A DNA stretch of 64,000 nt from Candidatus Woesebacteria bacterium (GCA_020060845.1 JAGUZK010000017.1:23935-87934); one strand, 5' to 3'; positions 8,981 through 20,418 are shown, numbered from the stretch's first letter. The notes: generated from the letters alone by a model not told the origin. Program-made: numbers and translations.

Positions 8981-10039
8981 TCAAGTCAAGGATAAATTTC
9001 TTGATTTAACTATCTTTAGTACTTCCCCAACCTTCCCAGATTCAGACTTATCGCAGACCAGCAAAGCATCTCCTGTATCAACAACAACTAAATTGTCAAC
9101 CCCAACCAAAGCTACCACTTTGTTACTATCGTCAAGCATAACAAAATTATCATTTCCATCAAAATCTATTATATTTTCTGACACTTTATAGATCTTGTTT
9201 TCTTTCAGATACTTGTCGATTGAAAGAAATGTACCAAAATCGGTCCATTTAAAAGGCAGTTCTACAACTAATGATTCGCCATCTTCATGCACATTCTGAG
9301 TAACATCTTCCAAGGGCCCTGGCGGCATTTTCAAGTATTCACTCTCCAGAGGAGATCCGTTGATATAGTTTTCCAAAGGTGCATACCAATCTGGCTTATA
9401 CTTCCGCAGCATATCAAGAAGCCCGTTGGGGGTCATACAAGTGTGATTTGCATGTATAAGAACACTCTCTTGTTTAATCAAATCCTGAGTCTCTTGCAAA
9501 CTGCTTCGCCATACAAATCTGTCAACTTCAAATATGCTAACAGACCCTTCATCTGAAACTTTTTTCCCTTTAACAAGATAGTCAACTCCAAATACAGGAG
9601 AATCTGTTCTAATCCCTCCAGTTATATACTTTTTTTCCTTCCTTGCGATTTTGTCGCAATCCAACATCATCTTGATAAAACTATCCGCAGGCTCTCTGAG
9701 TACATCAACCTGAACCAACATAAACGGCTCGTCTTTGAGGCCTCTTTTGTATAAAAAAGCAGCCACCAGACCAGTAGCTGGCCCTTGATTTCTCATCTCA
9801 GGTTCTAGGATAAAATTTTCATCAGGTATTTCCGGCACCTGCTGCTTAGCAATGTTCATATGGTCTTTGTTGGTCGAGACGAAAATCTCAGAGGGGGCAA
9901 AATGAATTCTTAAAGCTTCATAATTAAGTTGAAATAAAGATTTCGAGTTAATAAGTGGTAAAAAATGTTTTGGTCTATGCTGGCGGCTAATCGGCCATAG
10001 CTTAGTCCCAAAACCACCACAAATTATTACAGGTATCAT
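8981..10039 (-). CDS. Sugar-1-phosphate nucleotidyltransferase, mannose-1-phosphate guanylyltransferase-like
   Basis: N-terminal PVIICGGFGTKLWP glycine-rich NTP-transferase loop. Overall length (352 aa) and C-terminal region are consistent with ManC-type enzymes. Ends with a TGA stop. Confidence 0.7.
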   Translation of the reverse strand: MIPVIICGGFGTKLWPISRQHRPKHFLPLINSKSLFQLNYEALRIHFAPSEIFVSTNKDHMNIAKQQVPEIPDENFILEPEMRNQGPATGLVAAFLYKRGLKDEPFMLVQVDVLREPADSFIKMMLDCDKIARKEKKYITGGIRTDSPVFGVDYLVKGKKVSDEGSVSIFEVDRFVWRSSLQETQDLIKQESVLIHANHTCMTPNGLLDMLRKYKPDWYAPLENYINGSPLESEYLKMPPGPLEDVTQNVHEDGESLVVELPFKWTDFGTFLSIDKYLKENKIYKVSENIIDFDGNDNFVMLDDSNKVVALVGVDNLVVVDTGDALLVCDKSESGKVGEVLKIVKSRNLSLT

Positions 10040-10109
10040 AACGCTAAAGCATTATAGCAAAAACTTACCTACGAGCAAAAAACTGCAAAAAAACACCCTC
10101 TTATGAAGA

Positions 10110-11213
10110 TCAACATTTTGTGTAAACTTCGATCGTGTTGATCGCAGTTTTTGTCCAAGAGTACTTTTTTAACAAATCATAAACGCCTTCCTTGGGTGGC
10201 ATATTTACTGCTTCTTTAATAGCTGTTGCTATAGAATAAGGGTTCATTGGGTCAAAGTAGAAAGCACAATTCCCATATACCTCACGGAATACAGGTATAT
10301 CCGAAGCTAATAATTTTGCACCCGAAGCCAAGGCCTCCAGTCCCTGCAGCCCAAAACCCTCGGAGTAGGACGGGTAAATATATCCCAGGGAATAATAATA
10401 CAGTGATTTCAGTTGCTGATCGGTCAAAAAACCAAATACTACAATTTGTTTCCCAAGATCTTTTTCTCTAATATAATCACGGGTCCTCAAAAAAAAATTG
10501 TTCTTCTTGGTCACCAATACCAACTTAATTGAAATTTTTTCATTCCTTAAGACATCTAAGGCATCAATCAGCCTTTTAATATTTTTATGAGGAAATATAT
10601 TGCCAACATGGACCAAATACTTGCTTTTTTTAAGACGATGTTTTTTAAGAATCTTATCTTCTTTTCTGGTTTTGCCCAAAAAGGACCTATCAAGACCTTG
10701 ATATATAACAACGGCTTTCTCTCTATCAATCTTATAATAATTGCAAATTTCTTCCTTGACACTTTGAGTAGGAACAATCACTTTCACACTTCTTTTCACT
10801 GCTACCTTGAACAGTAACTTGTAAACTGCCTTTTTAGCCAAAAAAAATATTAACGGAAGGTTTGTTCCTTCAGAAGTTGTCTTGTGGGTAGTCATATCAT
10901 GTAATGTCACTACAAACTTCCCCGGGAAAAAAAGTGGAACGTTAAAGTGGACAAAATGAGTAATATCCGGTCTTTCTCTAAAAAAAATAAGAGGCATTCC
11001 TATCTGCTCCCTAATAGAATAAATCCCAAAATCAGCAACTACTTTCTTAAAATTTTTAGCAAGCTTTAGTTGACGGAAATATTTTGGACGAAGAAGAATT
11101 ATGTAATCATTTTGAGAATCATTCTTTTGGATCTCTTTTACCAAGTTCATCACGTAACGACCTACGCCCGTATATTCCAACCCATACATTCTTGCATCAA
11201 TCAGTATTTTCAT
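10110..11213 (-). CDS. Glycosyltransferase family 4 (GT-B, retaining)
   Basis: MKILIDARMY...GVGRY N-terminus and a C-terminal EGFGLQGLEALASGAKLLASDIPVFREV motif (GT4 E-x7-E region). Confidence 0.8.
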   Translation of the reverse strand: MKILIDARMYGLEYTGVGRYVMNLVKEIQKNDSQNDYIILLRPKYFRQLKLAKNFKKVVADFGIYSIREQIGMPLIFFRERPDITHFVHFNVPLFFPGKFVVTLHDMTTHKTTSEGTNLPLIFFLAKKAVYKLLFKVAVKRSVKVIVPTQSVKEEICNYYKIDREKAVVIYQGLDRSFLGKTRKEDKILKKHRLKKSKYLVHVGNIFPHKNIKRLIDALDVLRNEKISIKLVLVTKKNNFFLRTRDYIREKDLGKQIVVFGFLTDQQLKSLYYYSLGYIYPSYSEGFGLQGLEALASGAKLLASDIPVFREVYGNCAFYFDPMNPYSIATAIKEAVNMPPKEGVYDLLKKYSWTKTAINTIEVYTKC

Positions 11214-11215
11214 TT

Positions 11216-12130
11216 TTATCCAAAAACTAATGTTTCTAAGTACCTACCACCCTTTAGCAGTTTAATACCAAAGATTACAATATAGTTAAAAAGCAATGGG
11301 TATTTCTTCCAAAGCCTCTTTCTATAAAAAAGCTCCATCGAATCCACACCAGCCATCCTAAACTTTAGTCTTTGTTCAAAAGGAATCCTTCTATTTGTTT
11401 GGTGACCTCTTTTACCTTTCGACGCACCCTTGAAATGTATTATCGAGACCTTCGGATAATAGATAATCCTCCACCCTTTTTCCTTTATCTTCCAACACAG
11501 GTCAATATCTTCCCCATCCAAAAAATAATCCTCATCAAACCAGCCTACCTCATCAAGAATAGACCTTCTTGTCAAAAAGAAAGCTCCCTGAATAACATCT
11601 ACATCGTGTTCAATATCAGGAGAAATCGACCCATACCAATAAGGTGCAAAAATCCTGGAGTTTGGGAATATCCGATCTAATCTAAGAATGAGATGTGTAA
11701 AACCGACCCACGGAGTAATGAACGACCTTCTAGCATCCTTATCAAGTTTTCCATTCGGAAGAAGAATTTTACATGTCAATGCCCCCACATCAGGATGTCT
11801 TTTGAGATAGCCAACTGTATCCTTTAACGTGCCTTCTGAGACAATCGTATCAGAGTTCAAAAATAAGACAAACTCTCCCTCAACGCACTTCTTTGCTCGG
11901 TTGTTTCCTGCCGCAAAACCGATATTCCTTCCGATCCTTATCACCTTTTTAACCCAGGGGAATTCAACTTCAACCATCTCCGGGCTTCCATCTGTAGAAC
12001 CATTGTCGGGAACAATGAGTTCAAATTTTACCTCTCTTCTTAGCCTTTCCAAAGAAAGAAGACACTGCTTTAACAATTCCTTGGTATTGTAACTCAGGAC
12101 AATTATCGATAGTGCTGGATTATTTGTCAT
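11216..12130 (-). CDS. Glycosyltransferase family 2
   Basis: LSIIVLSYNTKELLKQCL, then PDNGSTDGS, and a DTIV DxD-like motif: the GT-A fold GT2 signature. Confidence 0.8.
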   Translation of the reverse strand: MTNNPALSIIVLSYNTKELLKQCLLSLERLRREVKFELIVPDNGSTDGSPEMVEVEFPWVKKVIRIGRNIGFAAGNNRAKKCVEGEFVLFLNSDTIVSEGTLKDTVGYLKRHPDVGALTCKILLPNGKLDKDARRSFITPWVGFTHLILRLDRIFPNSRIFAPYWYGSISPDIEHDVDVIQGAFFLTRRSILDEVGWFDEDYFLDGEDIDLCWKIKEKGWRIIYYPKVSIIHFKGASKGKRGHQTNRRIPFEQRLKFRMAGVDSMELFYRKRLWKKYPLLFNYIVIFGIKLLKGGRYLETLVFG

Positions 12131-13320
12131 CGTGTAGCTAATTCAATATAAACCGGGTCATGGAGTTTAACTATACTTTTCCAATCAAAATATTTTTGAA
12201 CATGCCTTTTACCCGAGAGTCCTATCTTTTGGGCAAGACGTCTGTCCCTGAGAAGCGTGATGGCCTTTTCAGCTAACATTTCTTCAGAATTGGCAATCAT
12301 AACATTTTCCCCGTCAGTAAGACCTAACCCTGCGACCCCACTGCTTGTTGACACTACTGGAAGCCCAGAAGCCATTGCTTCAAGTACCTTAAGTCTAGTT
12401 CCTCCCGATCCCATAATTGGAGCAACCATAACTGTAGCTTTATGATAAGCTTCCCTAGCGTCAGCTATATTCTCTGTAACTTCGATCTCTCCTTTTCCGG
12501 CTTTCCTTTTCACCCACTCCGGAATTTTTCTACCAACTATCCAAACTTTTGAATTGGGAAATTTTTTTTGGATAATTGGCCAAACTCTATTGACTAATAT
12601 CTCAGTTGCTTCTTGATTTTGCAGCCACTCGAAGTTCGTAACTCCATACAATATTCGCGGCGGCATGATCTTGCGATATTTGACCTGCGAGTAATATCCC
12701 GTATCAACTCCATTAGGTATTATCCCTACCTTCTTTTTTGAAACCAGTTTTAACATCGCCTTGCGATCTTCTTCCGAAACACTAAACAATCTATCAGCCT
12801 TATTCCAATAATACCTCTCCCAAAATTTAATCTTGGCCACATCTTGCAGAAAGAAAGGCCTAAGGATAAAAGGCACAGTACTATCAACATAATGCTTGTA
12901 CACATCATGCCATATTGTTTGCTCAACCAAAATCGTTGGTACTTTGGTCTTTGGTAGATGTGGCATCACGTAGAATGTCTCAGCATGTATAAGATCATAT
13001 TTCTCCTTCTTCAGTTCCTCGCGAATAGCCTGCTTCTCCTCAAGTGACTGATTTCTAATTACCAATAATGGATATGGTCCAAAGACAGAAAGTAAAATAT
13101 TACGCAATGTCCAAGGATGGCGCGGACGGCTGAAAACTTTTACCTTTTTGCAATATTTTTCCAGCTCAGGAATAAATTTTTTTTCAGAATCATCCTTTAT
13201 AAGCGAAAAAAGCGTTATGTCGTGTTTTTTCGCAAGGTATTTGATGATGTTATACCAACGAGTCTGTCCGCCACTCATTGTGATGGTGGGCAAATATGGG
13301 ACAAGCATTAGCACTTTCAT
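12127..13320 (-). CDS. Glycosyltransferase family 4
   Basis: GT-B architecture with a C-terminal GSGGTRLKVLEAMASGLPVVST motif. Confidence 0.8.
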   Translation of the reverse strand: MKVLMLVPYLPTITMSGGQTRWYNIIKYLAKKHDITLFSLIKDDSEKKFIPELEKYCKKVKVFSRPRHPWTLRNILLSVFGPYPLLVIRNQSLEEKQAIREELKKEKYDLIHAETFYVMPHLPKTKVPTILVEQTIWHDVYKHYVDSTVPFILRPFFLQDVAKIKFWERYYWNKADRLFSVSEEDRKAMLKLVSKKKVGIIPNGVDTGYYSQVKYRKIMPPRILYGVTNFEWLQNQEATEILVNRVWPIIQKKFPNSKVWIVGRKIPEWVKRKAGKGEIEVTENIADAREAYHKATVMVAPIMGSGGTRLKVLEAMASGLPVVSTSSGVAGLGLTDGENVMIANSEEMLAEKAITLLRDRRLAQKIGLSGKRHVQKYFDWKSIVKLHDPVYIELATR

Positions 13321-14771
13321 ATCCTCTTAAGAAGATTTAAAATTACAAAATCATCTGTTCTATAAACTGTCTCAAATTTCTTCATAAACTCATTTGTCTG
13401 ATCGTTATAATCAACAGAAACATAAAATTGTGCTCCTTCTTGAATTAACTCATCTATAGGCAATTCTACTACTGGCCAGCCACGCCTGTTTGTCTGATAT
13501 AAAAACGCTGTATCCCCATTGTAATTTGCTATTACCACCGCATCTTTTGGAGTAAGACGATCAACCGCCTTACCAGCCTCTATTATCTCAGGCCTGTTTA
13601 TTTTATAAAACTCTTTGACCTGAAATGCGCTTATAAGAAGCCCCATCACAACAGAAACAGTCAATACAAAAAATACCCATCTTTTAGAAAGCCTTACCAA
13701 TGAGTAGGTCACAATAAGACCTTTAGCCACCAGAAAGCACACTCCAGGAATGATGATCGCTTGGTAATAGTCATGCCTTACATTTGCAGTCGCAAAGATG
13801 CAAAGATAGGCAAATAGCCCAAACAAAAAAGTCCATAAGAAGAAATCCTTTCTTTTGTTGATGCTAATTATCCCCATTCCTAGTGGAAGCATCATAGTAG
13901 AACCCAGGATTAGGTTGCCAATCCGTTGCCCGAAAATCCAATTCCAAAAAGCTGGCTTAAATCTTATCCCATCTCCATTGAAAGTCCATCGCCAAAAAGG
14001 AATTCCCTCCGGAAATTGACTCATCCACACTCTCCATGCAAAAAACGGTAAAAAAATGACTAGAAAGTAAACTACTACCTCCCACCTCAGGATTGCTTTT
14101 ACTTTATCCCTTTTCCATAAAAAATAAATTGCGGGTGCTGTATAAAAAATGCTATACGGCTTAACCAATATCCCAAGACTGACCAAAACTGCAGAGATCA
14201 CAAGACTTCTTGGATTACCCCACTTCACATACTCATATAAATAGTACAAAGAAAGAACGGAAAACATGATAGACAGAGGCTCAGGAAGTATGGTCCTAGA
14301 AAAAAATATATTAAATGGTAAAAAATAAAAAAGAAAAGCTGAGATAAGTGCAAAATCTCTCCCATACATCCTCTTTCCTAGAAGATAAATTGCAATTCCG
14401 CTGACCATTGAGGCAACAATCGAGACAAGCCTTCCCCAAACCTCAAAGCTTAAAAAGCCAAAGATTTTGAAAAGGATAGCGTGAATTGCATTGTAAATTG
14501 GAAATTCAACAAAACGATACCCATGAGGATTAAACATGCCACTTTGGACTCTTGAAACATCGTGATATTTAGGAATCAACAAATTGATCCCATTTTTTAC
14601 GTACTCTCTTGACACAGAAGCAGTATCAGCCTGACGAAAAGAGTGCCAATCAGCAACTGGAGAATTAATTTTATATAGTCTAACCAAAAAACCAAATAAT
14701 ATCAGAAATGTTAAAATTAAATACTCGTTATAGTATATCTTTCTAACGAGGGTAAAAAAATTATTCATCAT
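13317..14771 (-). CDS. GT-C fold membrane glycosyltransferase, ArnT/PMT-like (COG1807-like)
   Basis: 484 aa with about 11 predicted TM helices. A conserved acidic first-loop motif (PVADWHSFRQADTASVSRE) sits after TM1, as in polyprenyl-phosphate-sugar dependent GT-C enzymes. Confidence 0.55.
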   Translation of the reverse strand: MMNNFFTLVRKIYYNEYLILTFLILFGFLVRLYKINSPVADWHSFRQADTASVSREYVKNGINLLIPKYHDVSRVQSGMFNPHGYRFVEFPIYNAIHAILFKIFGFLSFEVWGRLVSIVASMVSGIAIYLLGKRMYGRDFALISAFLFYFLPFNIFFSRTILPEPLSIMFSVLSLYYLYEYVKWGNPRSLVISAVLVSLGILVKPYSIFYTAPAIYFLWKRDKVKAILRWEVVVYFLVIFLPFFAWRVWMSQFPEGIPFWRWTFNGDGIRFKPAFWNWIFGQRIGNLILGSTMMLPLGMGIISINKRKDFFLWTFLFGLFAYLCIFATANVRHDYYQAIIIPGVCFLVAKGLIVTYSLVRLSKRWVFFVLTVSVVMGLLISAFQVKEFYKINRPEIIEAGKAVDRLTPKDAVVIANYNGDTAFLYQTNRRGWPVVELPIDELIQEGAQFYVSVDYNDQTNEFMKKFETVYRTDDFVILNLLKRI

Positions 14772-16113
14772 ATTTCACAAGACCGTATGAAAATCCCACC
14801 AGCAACCAAAAAATTATAGCAAATTTAGAAGCTTCAAAAACATCAATGAAGAAAGCATTTGTAAAAACCCCAAAAGATGACCCAATTATGCTACAGATAG
14901 TAACCCTAACCATATCCATACCTTCTTTATTACTGGCAATCCATTTATAAAAGGCTAGACCCAACCTCAAAAAAATGTGAAGAAATGCTACAAATCCCAA
15001 AAGTCCAGTTTCTCCAATTAGCCTTAAATAATCATTATCAGTTGCTAGCGTTATTGAGGAGTAACCAGTTCCCAAAAGTGGATTTTTAAGAAACGCACGT
15101 ATCGCACGAGGCCATTCTACATTAAGCCTAATGTTTGTTGATCTATCCTCCAGAACATTATCTTTCTCCTCAGTAATCGCCTTAGGGACATCCTTAGTTA
15201 GGGTATCAGAATATGCATAAGCCTGGTGCAAAACAGAACTGCTTATCTTGTCTGAAACCACTTCAATTATCCTTGCATAACGGGAAATTAGATTTGCTGA
15301 AAAGAGCGTAAAGACAAGACTTACAATTATTACAAGAGGCATTTTCTTAACATTTTTAGTCAGGAGAAACACTAAAGATAAAGAAACCAAATATGAAAAA
15401 AAGGAGATCCTAGATGCAGAGCTAACCAATAGCCATAAACCGCCTAAAAAATCAATCAAGAGTAAAGCCTTAAGCAGTGTTCCCTTAACAACATAAAATA
15501 GACTTATACTAAGAGGGATAATAACCACTAAAAACGTAGCCAAATCATAATGACCGGCAAAGGTAGAATTAATATGGCTGCCAGGTATCCAACGAAGTGC
15601 TATTCCTTTTGAATATTCCTCATTTTGGGTTATAACTATCGGCCACTGCAAATAACGCTGGCCTATCCCATATAGAAAAATTAAAAAGACAACAAAAGCC
15701 AAGACGATAAGATAATAATCAATTCTTCTCTTATCCCTTAAAATAACATAATAACCCAGGAAAAAAGGTATCAAATACTCAATTCTCCTTAACCAATGAA
15801 GCAGTGCTATATGCGGTGTCACAGTTTTCGTAACAAAAATAGCGCTTATTAGAGAGACTAGTCCCACAAGTAAATAGAAAATTACTACACCAAAAATAGG
15901 GTTGAAAATCACTTTCCTAATGTGCCCTCCAATATAGATAGTGACCACAAAAACAGCAAAAGACACAAGAAGAAGAAGATCCTCAAGCCTGATCGAGACA
16001 AATGTGGAAGGAATTCTAATAAATGGAAATTTTGGATAGAGAGGAACAGCAATCAATATTGCCGCAACTAAGTATTTAAGCAAACTTTCAAACTTCTCGT
16101 AGTGCTTGCGCAT
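14761..16113 (-). CDS. O-antigen ligase/polymerase-like polytopic membrane protein (Wzy_C/WaaL family-like)
   Basis: 450 aa with about 10-12 TM helices and a large extracytoplasmic loop in the C-terminal third (VVSDKISSSVLHQAYAYSDTLTKD...). This is the typical Wzy/WaaL topology. Confidence 0.45.
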   Translation of the reverse strand: MRKHYEKFESLLKYLVAAILIAVPLYPKFPFIRIPSTFVSIRLEDLLLLVSFAVFVVTIYIGGHIRKVIFNPIFGVVIFYLLVGLVSLISAIFVTKTVTPHIALLHWLRRIEYLIPFFLGYYVILRDKRRIDYYLIVLAFVVFLIFLYGIGQRYLQWPIVITQNEEYSKGIALRWIPGSHINSTFAGHYDLATFLVVIIPLSISLFYVVKGTLLKALLLIDFLGGLWLLVSSASRISFFSYLVSLSLVFLLTKNVKKMPLVIIVSLVFTLFSANLISRYARIIEVVSDKISSSVLHQAYAYSDTLTKDVPKAITEEKDNVLEDRSTNIRLNVEWPRAIRAFLKNPLLGTGYSSITLATDNDYLRLIGETGLLGFVAFLHIFLRLGLAFYKWIASNKEGMDMVRVTICSIIGSSFGVFTNAFFIDVFEASKFAIIFWLLVGFSYGLVKYDE

Positions 16114-17002
16114 ATGCCCTGCTGAGAGCCTCCTTCCTAGTAAAGATAAACAACAGATATCTCATTAATATTCCCAATCTCAACAACATTAGTAAAAGGA
16201 ATAGCTCAAAACCGCCTTTGTGCTTTTTGTAATATAACTTAAGCGAGTTGAACTCTGCAATAATAGGGTAGGAGCTGCTACTACTTTTTCCACCAAGATG
16301 TATTATGCTCCACTTTGGATTATAAATGACCCTATAGCCTTTGTCTTTGATATTTTTGCAAAGATCAACATCCTCACCATACATAAAATAATCCTCGTCA
16401 AAACCATTGCCAATTGCCTCTCTTCGAGCAATCAAAAATGCACCTGTTATCCAATCCACTTCACGCTTTTTACTGTAAAACCTGTTATTAGCTACAAAAG
16501 ATTTAGGATGGTGAGGATGAAACGGTTTAACTATATTGTCTAGAAAGGGAATATCATCTATAAACAACATCCACAAGGCTACTTTCATAAGCTCTGGAAA
16601 ATAACCCCCATTTCCCTGAATTGACCCGTCTTGATTTTTCAACATACAGCCCATTGCACCAACATCTGGATTTTCATCTAGCCAAGAAATAATTTCCCTA
16701 AAATTGACCTTATCTGGAAGAGTATCCGAATTAAGAAACAGGACATACCTGCCAGTTGAATGCTGTAACCCAATATTATTAGCCTTTGCAAAACCATAAT
16801 TGTATCTATTTTCGACAAACACTAGACCCTTCCTTTTTGAAAGCTTTGACCTAAGTTTGGAAACATCTGAACGCCTAGATCCATTATCTATAACAATCAT
16901 TTCGTGGCTAATATCTCTAAGCTCCTTGCTAAATAAACTTACACATTTTGCCGTGAGATCTGCTGTATTAAAGTTTATTATGATGACACTAATATCAATC
17001 AT
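16088..17002 (-). CDS. Glycosyltransferase family 2
   Basis: ISVIIINFNTADLTAKCVSL, DNGSRRSD, and LFLNSDTL DxD region. Confidence 0.8.
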   Translation of the reverse strand: MIDISVIIINFNTADLTAKCVSLFSKELRDISHEMIVIDNGSRRSDVSKLRSKLSKRKGLVFVENRYNYGFAKANNIGLQHSTGRYVLFLNSDTLPDKVNFREIISWLDENPDVGAMGCMLKNQDGSIQGNGGYFPELMKVALWMLFIDDIPFLDNIVKPFHPHHPKSFVANNRFYSKKREVDWITGAFLIARREAIGNGFDEDYFMYGEDVDLCKNIKDKGYRVIYNPKWSIIHLGGKSSSSSYPIIAEFNSLKLYYKKHKGGFELFLLLMLLRLGILMRYLLFIFTRKEALSRAYAQALREV

Positions 17003-17565
17003 TTTTTAATGGCAAAAAATTTCCCCATGTCCCCAAGAATCCTAATCACAAGGAAATATAACAAAATCACGCTTGCTATCCCCAGGGAGACTCTTCCCAA
17101 TACACTGCTTTCAACATGCTTAACTATAACTTTCTGCCTATATCTTTTCCCATCTATAATAATCGCATCTTTATCATCCTTCGGCTCAAACCCATTGATA
17201 TATAAAGATTCACGAAAGGGAAATACCAATTCTTCAAGAAATGTACTCCTTGTCTGGTCACGGATCAGCACTCGAGCTTCTTCAGGCGGATAATTCAACC
17301 TAAGCGGCGATGTTCGGACAAATCCAAACAACACTAAGGAAAATTGGTCGGAGTAATGATTAATTACTTCTGACCTAGTCATATCAGTAAAATAACCACG
17401 CCTGTTTACTGACTCAATATCTGCAGGTTCTGTCGAGACAACAAAATCACCTCCTTTTTGCGGAAACTGACTTATTGGAATCAGAAGGTAATAGACAAAA
17501 GAAAGGGAAAACGCGGCAAAGATAATTCTAAACAAAGGAATTTTCCGGCTGAAGTTTTTTTTCAC
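16999..17565 (-). CDS. Hypothetical membrane protein (N- and C-terminal TM helices)
   Basis: 188 aa, GTG start, TM helices at both ends and a hydrophilic middle. No recognisable motifs. Confidence 0.4.
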   Translation of the reverse strand: MKKNFSRKIPLFRIIFAAFSLSFVYYLLIPISQFPQKGGDFVVSTEPADIESVNRRGYFTDMTRSEVINHYSDQFSLVLFGFVRTSPLRLNYPPEEARVLIRDQTRSTFLEELVFPFRESLYINGFEPKDDKDAIIIDGKRYRQKVIVKHVESSVLGRVSLGIASVILLYFLVIRILGDMGKFFAIKK

Positions 17566-17567
17566 AA

Positions 17568-18209
17568 TTATTGGAAAAGTCTAGGTCTGCCTAATCTATA
17601 TCTCGGGTTTTTATTCTTGCGCTCACCTATTACCTTTGCTGGAATTCCGGCAACAATCTTGAAAGGCTCAACGTCCTTAGTCACAACTGCCCCCGCTGCT
17701 ACAACAGCCCCCTTCCCGATCCTTACTCCAGGCAATATAATTGCCCGCGGACCAACAAACACATAGTCCTCTATTGTGACAGGTTGTTCTATCGCTGAAA
17801 AGGTATCACTCTCCAGATCATGCTCAGAATTATAGATCAACACTTGCGATGCTATATCAACATGATCCCCAATAACTAGTTTTGCCCGCCCATCGAGGAA
17901 CGCATTATCACCAATAACTGAATCCTCACCAATCACAACTCCAGCCGGATTGAAAAATCGCGCACCTAAATGGATACTGGATCCCTTCCCTATCTTCACA
18001 CCTGCCAATCTAAAAATTGACTTTCTAATAAAGTGTGACGGTACACAAAAGCTAATAAAATGAATTAGAAAAAGCTCAAAGTCAATAATCCAATTTTTGA
18101 ACCTGTTTATTGCCTTATTCATCGCTTGAAAAAATGACAATCTGTTGCCATGCTTATCAGTAAAGTAAATTCCCGCCTTAGAGATGTGAATATTTTCGGA
18201 GTACATCAT
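17568..18209 (-). CDS. Hexapeptide-repeat (LbH) sugar O-acetyltransferase with N-terminal TM anchor
   Basis: Left-handed beta-helix hexapeptide repeats ([49 protein letters not shown]) preceded by a hydrophobic helix ([21 protein letters not shown]). Confidence 0.75.
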   Translation of the reverse strand: MMYSENIHISKAGIYFTDKHGNRLSFFQAMNKAINRFKNWIIDFELFLIHFISFCVPSHFIRKSIFRLAGVKIGKGSSIHLGARFFNPAGVVIGEDSVIGDNAFLDGRAKLVIGDHVDIASQVLIYNSEHDLESDTFSAIEQPVTIEDYVFVGPRAIILPGVRIGKGAVVAAGAVVTKDVEPFKIVAGIPAKVIGERKNKNPRYRLGRPRLFQ

Positions 18210-19333
18210 TTTGATGCTTTTCTTAGGGTTTTAAGTGTCATTAGTGCACTTTTTTCCCAGGAAAACTCTTTTGCCCTCTTTATGCACTTCTGACTAAGAA
18301 TATTATACTCCTTAGAATTCATTTTCAGAACATATTGGATTTTGTCAGCTATATCATCAATAGAATAAGGATCGCAAAGCAACACCGCATCCCCTCCCAC
18401 TTCGGGAATCGACCCAGCATTAGACCCAACAACAGGGACCCCACAAGCAAAAGACGTTACTATATCCATGCCAAAGCCTTCCCAGAAAGAAGGAATGACA
18501 AATACCCTTGATCCAGCTATTAGTGCTGGCTTATCTGCTTCTTCAACAAAATCTGTAAACACCACATGTCCATTAAGATCCAATTCCTTTAATACTGAAA
18601 ATATGTCATCGAATAGCCACCCCTTGCGACCAGAAATAACAAGCCTATAGTTTGGGAACTTTTCTCTGACTTTTGCAAAGGCTTTCAACAACCCAATAAC
18701 ATTTTTACTAGGCTTTAGAGTTCCTAAAAAAAGAATATAATCGTCTGGCAAGTTATACTTCTCTCTTATATGTCGCACAACGTGCCTATCAATTTTTCTA
18801 TTGTACATTCTCTTGTCATATCCGTGATAAATTACATCAATTTTGTCGGGGCTTATTTTATAGTGTCGTACAATGTCATCTTTAGAAGAATTAGAAAATG
18901 TAATGATACATTTTGATACATATATGGAAATAGCACTCCAGTACTTAAGCTGCCAAAAATCATATTTTTTAAATTGATCCGAAAATTTGAGATAACCAAG
19001 ATCATGAATTGCACACACTTTTGGAGCTATTGAAATAGGCGGAAGATAATGATGGGGGGAGAAAAAAACATCAAGTTTATTATTAAAAGCTATTCTTGGA
19101 GCAAGTCTTGATAGAACCCAAAGTTTGCCTCCTCTAATTATTATGTATTTCCAATAAGGATCTTCCCGCGGTAACTCTTCGATAGGATCGCTGCGCAAAT
19201 AGAGCTGGTAATAAACCTTTGACTTAAGTTTCTTATTTAGTCTATATAATCCCCACAAGATCTCGAAAGCATACTGGTTTACTCCTACCCTATCTTTTAC
19301 ATTCGCTTCATTTGCGTCAATACCTATGTACAT
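18206..19333 (-). CDS. Glycosyltransferase family 4
   Basis: GT-B fold with a C-terminal [28 protein letters not shown] motif. Confidence 0.8.
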   Translation of the reverse strand: MYIGIDANEANVKDRVGVNQYAFEILWGLYRLNKKLKSKVYYQLYLRSDPIEELPREDPYWKYIIIRGGKLWVLSRLAPRIAFNNKLDVFFSPHHYLPPISIAPKVCAIHDLGYLKFSDQFKKYDFWQLKYWSAISIYVSKCIITFSNSSKDDIVRHYKISPDKIDVIYHGYDKRMYNRKIDRHVVRHIREKYNLPDDYILFLGTLKPSKNVIGLLKAFAKVREKFPNYRLVISGRKGWLFDDIFSVLKELDLNGHVVFTDFVEEADKPALIAGSRVFVIPSFWEGFGMDIVTSFACGVPVVGSNAGSIPEVGGDAVLLCDPYSIDDIADKIQYVLKMNSKEYNILSQKCIKRAKEFSWEKSALMTLKTLRKASK

Positions 19334-19337
19334 AGTA

Positions 19338-20414
19338 TTAATTACTTTGCACTTCGTGATAGACCCTAAGAGTTAATCTTGCAGTCCTTTCCCACGAATA
19401 TCTCTTCAGAAAATTCTTAATTTTATCATCATTAAACTTCTTACCAATCACTTTTAACATACCATCTCTAATTGACTCAACACTAAATGGGTCAACTAAA
19501 ACACAGTGGTCTCTTCCCAATTCTGCAAGAGCTCCTATTCGGCTTGTAACAACCCTTGTCCCACATTTTAACGCTTCAAGGATTGGCAACCCAAAACCCT
19601 CATAAAGCGAAGGGTAGATCAAAGCTTCAGATGATGAATACAGGGAAATTAAATCAGACTTATCTATAAATCCTGTGAAAATAATATCTTCGTCCGATTT
19701 TATCGCTCGAGGAGCCCCACCAACAATCACAAGTTGAAAATCAATATCACGTTTGGTCTTTTTAAATGCATCAATAACTCTTTCAATGTTTTTCCTTGGT
19801 ACAGTGCCTACCGCTAAAAAAAACTTTTTGGTTATATTAAACTTCCTCCTAACCAATCTTTTAGCAGCTCCACTTGCGGGTACAACATCTTCTCCAATAC
19901 CCTCAGGAATAACTCTAATTTTCCCTCGATCAATCCCCAGCTTCATAAGGTCAGTACGCGTGGCTTTCGATGGCACAATGATTCTGTCAACTTCGCTTTG
20001 CAACCATCTTAGCCTTCTTCTAAATACATTAACCACTTTGGCAAGAGAATAATCAGGATACAAGATCGGGACATCATGAACTGTGGTAACCTTAAACGCA
20101 CCTGATGGGGCCTGTGCCCAATCCGATGAATGATAGACATCGCACCTCCCAAAGAAAAACTCAAAATTTACCAGGTGGACACGATTCCAAAGAAATTCAA
20201 AAAAAGAGGGTGGAAGCTTTATAACTTTTTTCTCACAAAAAACATCAATACTAGACAAAAATCTCCTCAATTCATTATCCCTTCTAAAGGAGTAGCCACA
20301 AAGAACATATTCTTCGTGCCGGTCTAGATGTAATAGATTTTTTACTAACTCTTTCGTATAGACGGAGACTCCTGTTCCGTAAATTACTTGAGATACGTCT
20401 ATTGCTATTCTCAT
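19338..20414 (-). CDS. Glycosyltransferase family 4
   Basis: MRIAIDVSQV...GTGVSVY N-terminus and a C-terminal EGFGLPILEALKCGTRVVTSRIGALAEL motif. Confidence 0.8.
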   Translation of the reverse strand: MRIAIDVSQVIYGTGVSVYTKELVKNLLHLDRHEEYVLCGYSFRRDNELRRFLSSIDVFCEKKVIKLPPSFFEFLWNRVHLVNFEFFFGRCDVYHSSDWAQAPSGAFKVTTVHDVPILYPDYSLAKVVNVFRRRLRWLQSEVDRIIVPSKATRTDLMKLGIDRGKIRVIPEGIGEDVVPASGAAKRLVRRKFNITKKFFLAVGTVPRKNIERVIDAFKKTKRDIDFQLVIVGGAPRAIKSDEDIIFTGFIDKSDLISLYSSSEALIYPSLYEGFGLPILEALKCGTRVVTSRIGALAELGRDHCVLVDPFSVESIRDGMLKVIGKKFNDDKIKNFLKRYSWERTARLTLRVYHEVQSN

Positions 20415-20418
20415 ACAT

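Noticed and set aside
8981-8983. Possibility of an alternative genetic code (UGA recoding) as in some CPR lineages
   Set aside because: TGA terminates the well-supported nucleotidyltransferase gene at 8981. Long genes (glyQS, asnB, GT genes) are full-length under the standard code, and the stop codons checked are a mix of TAA, TAG and TGA.
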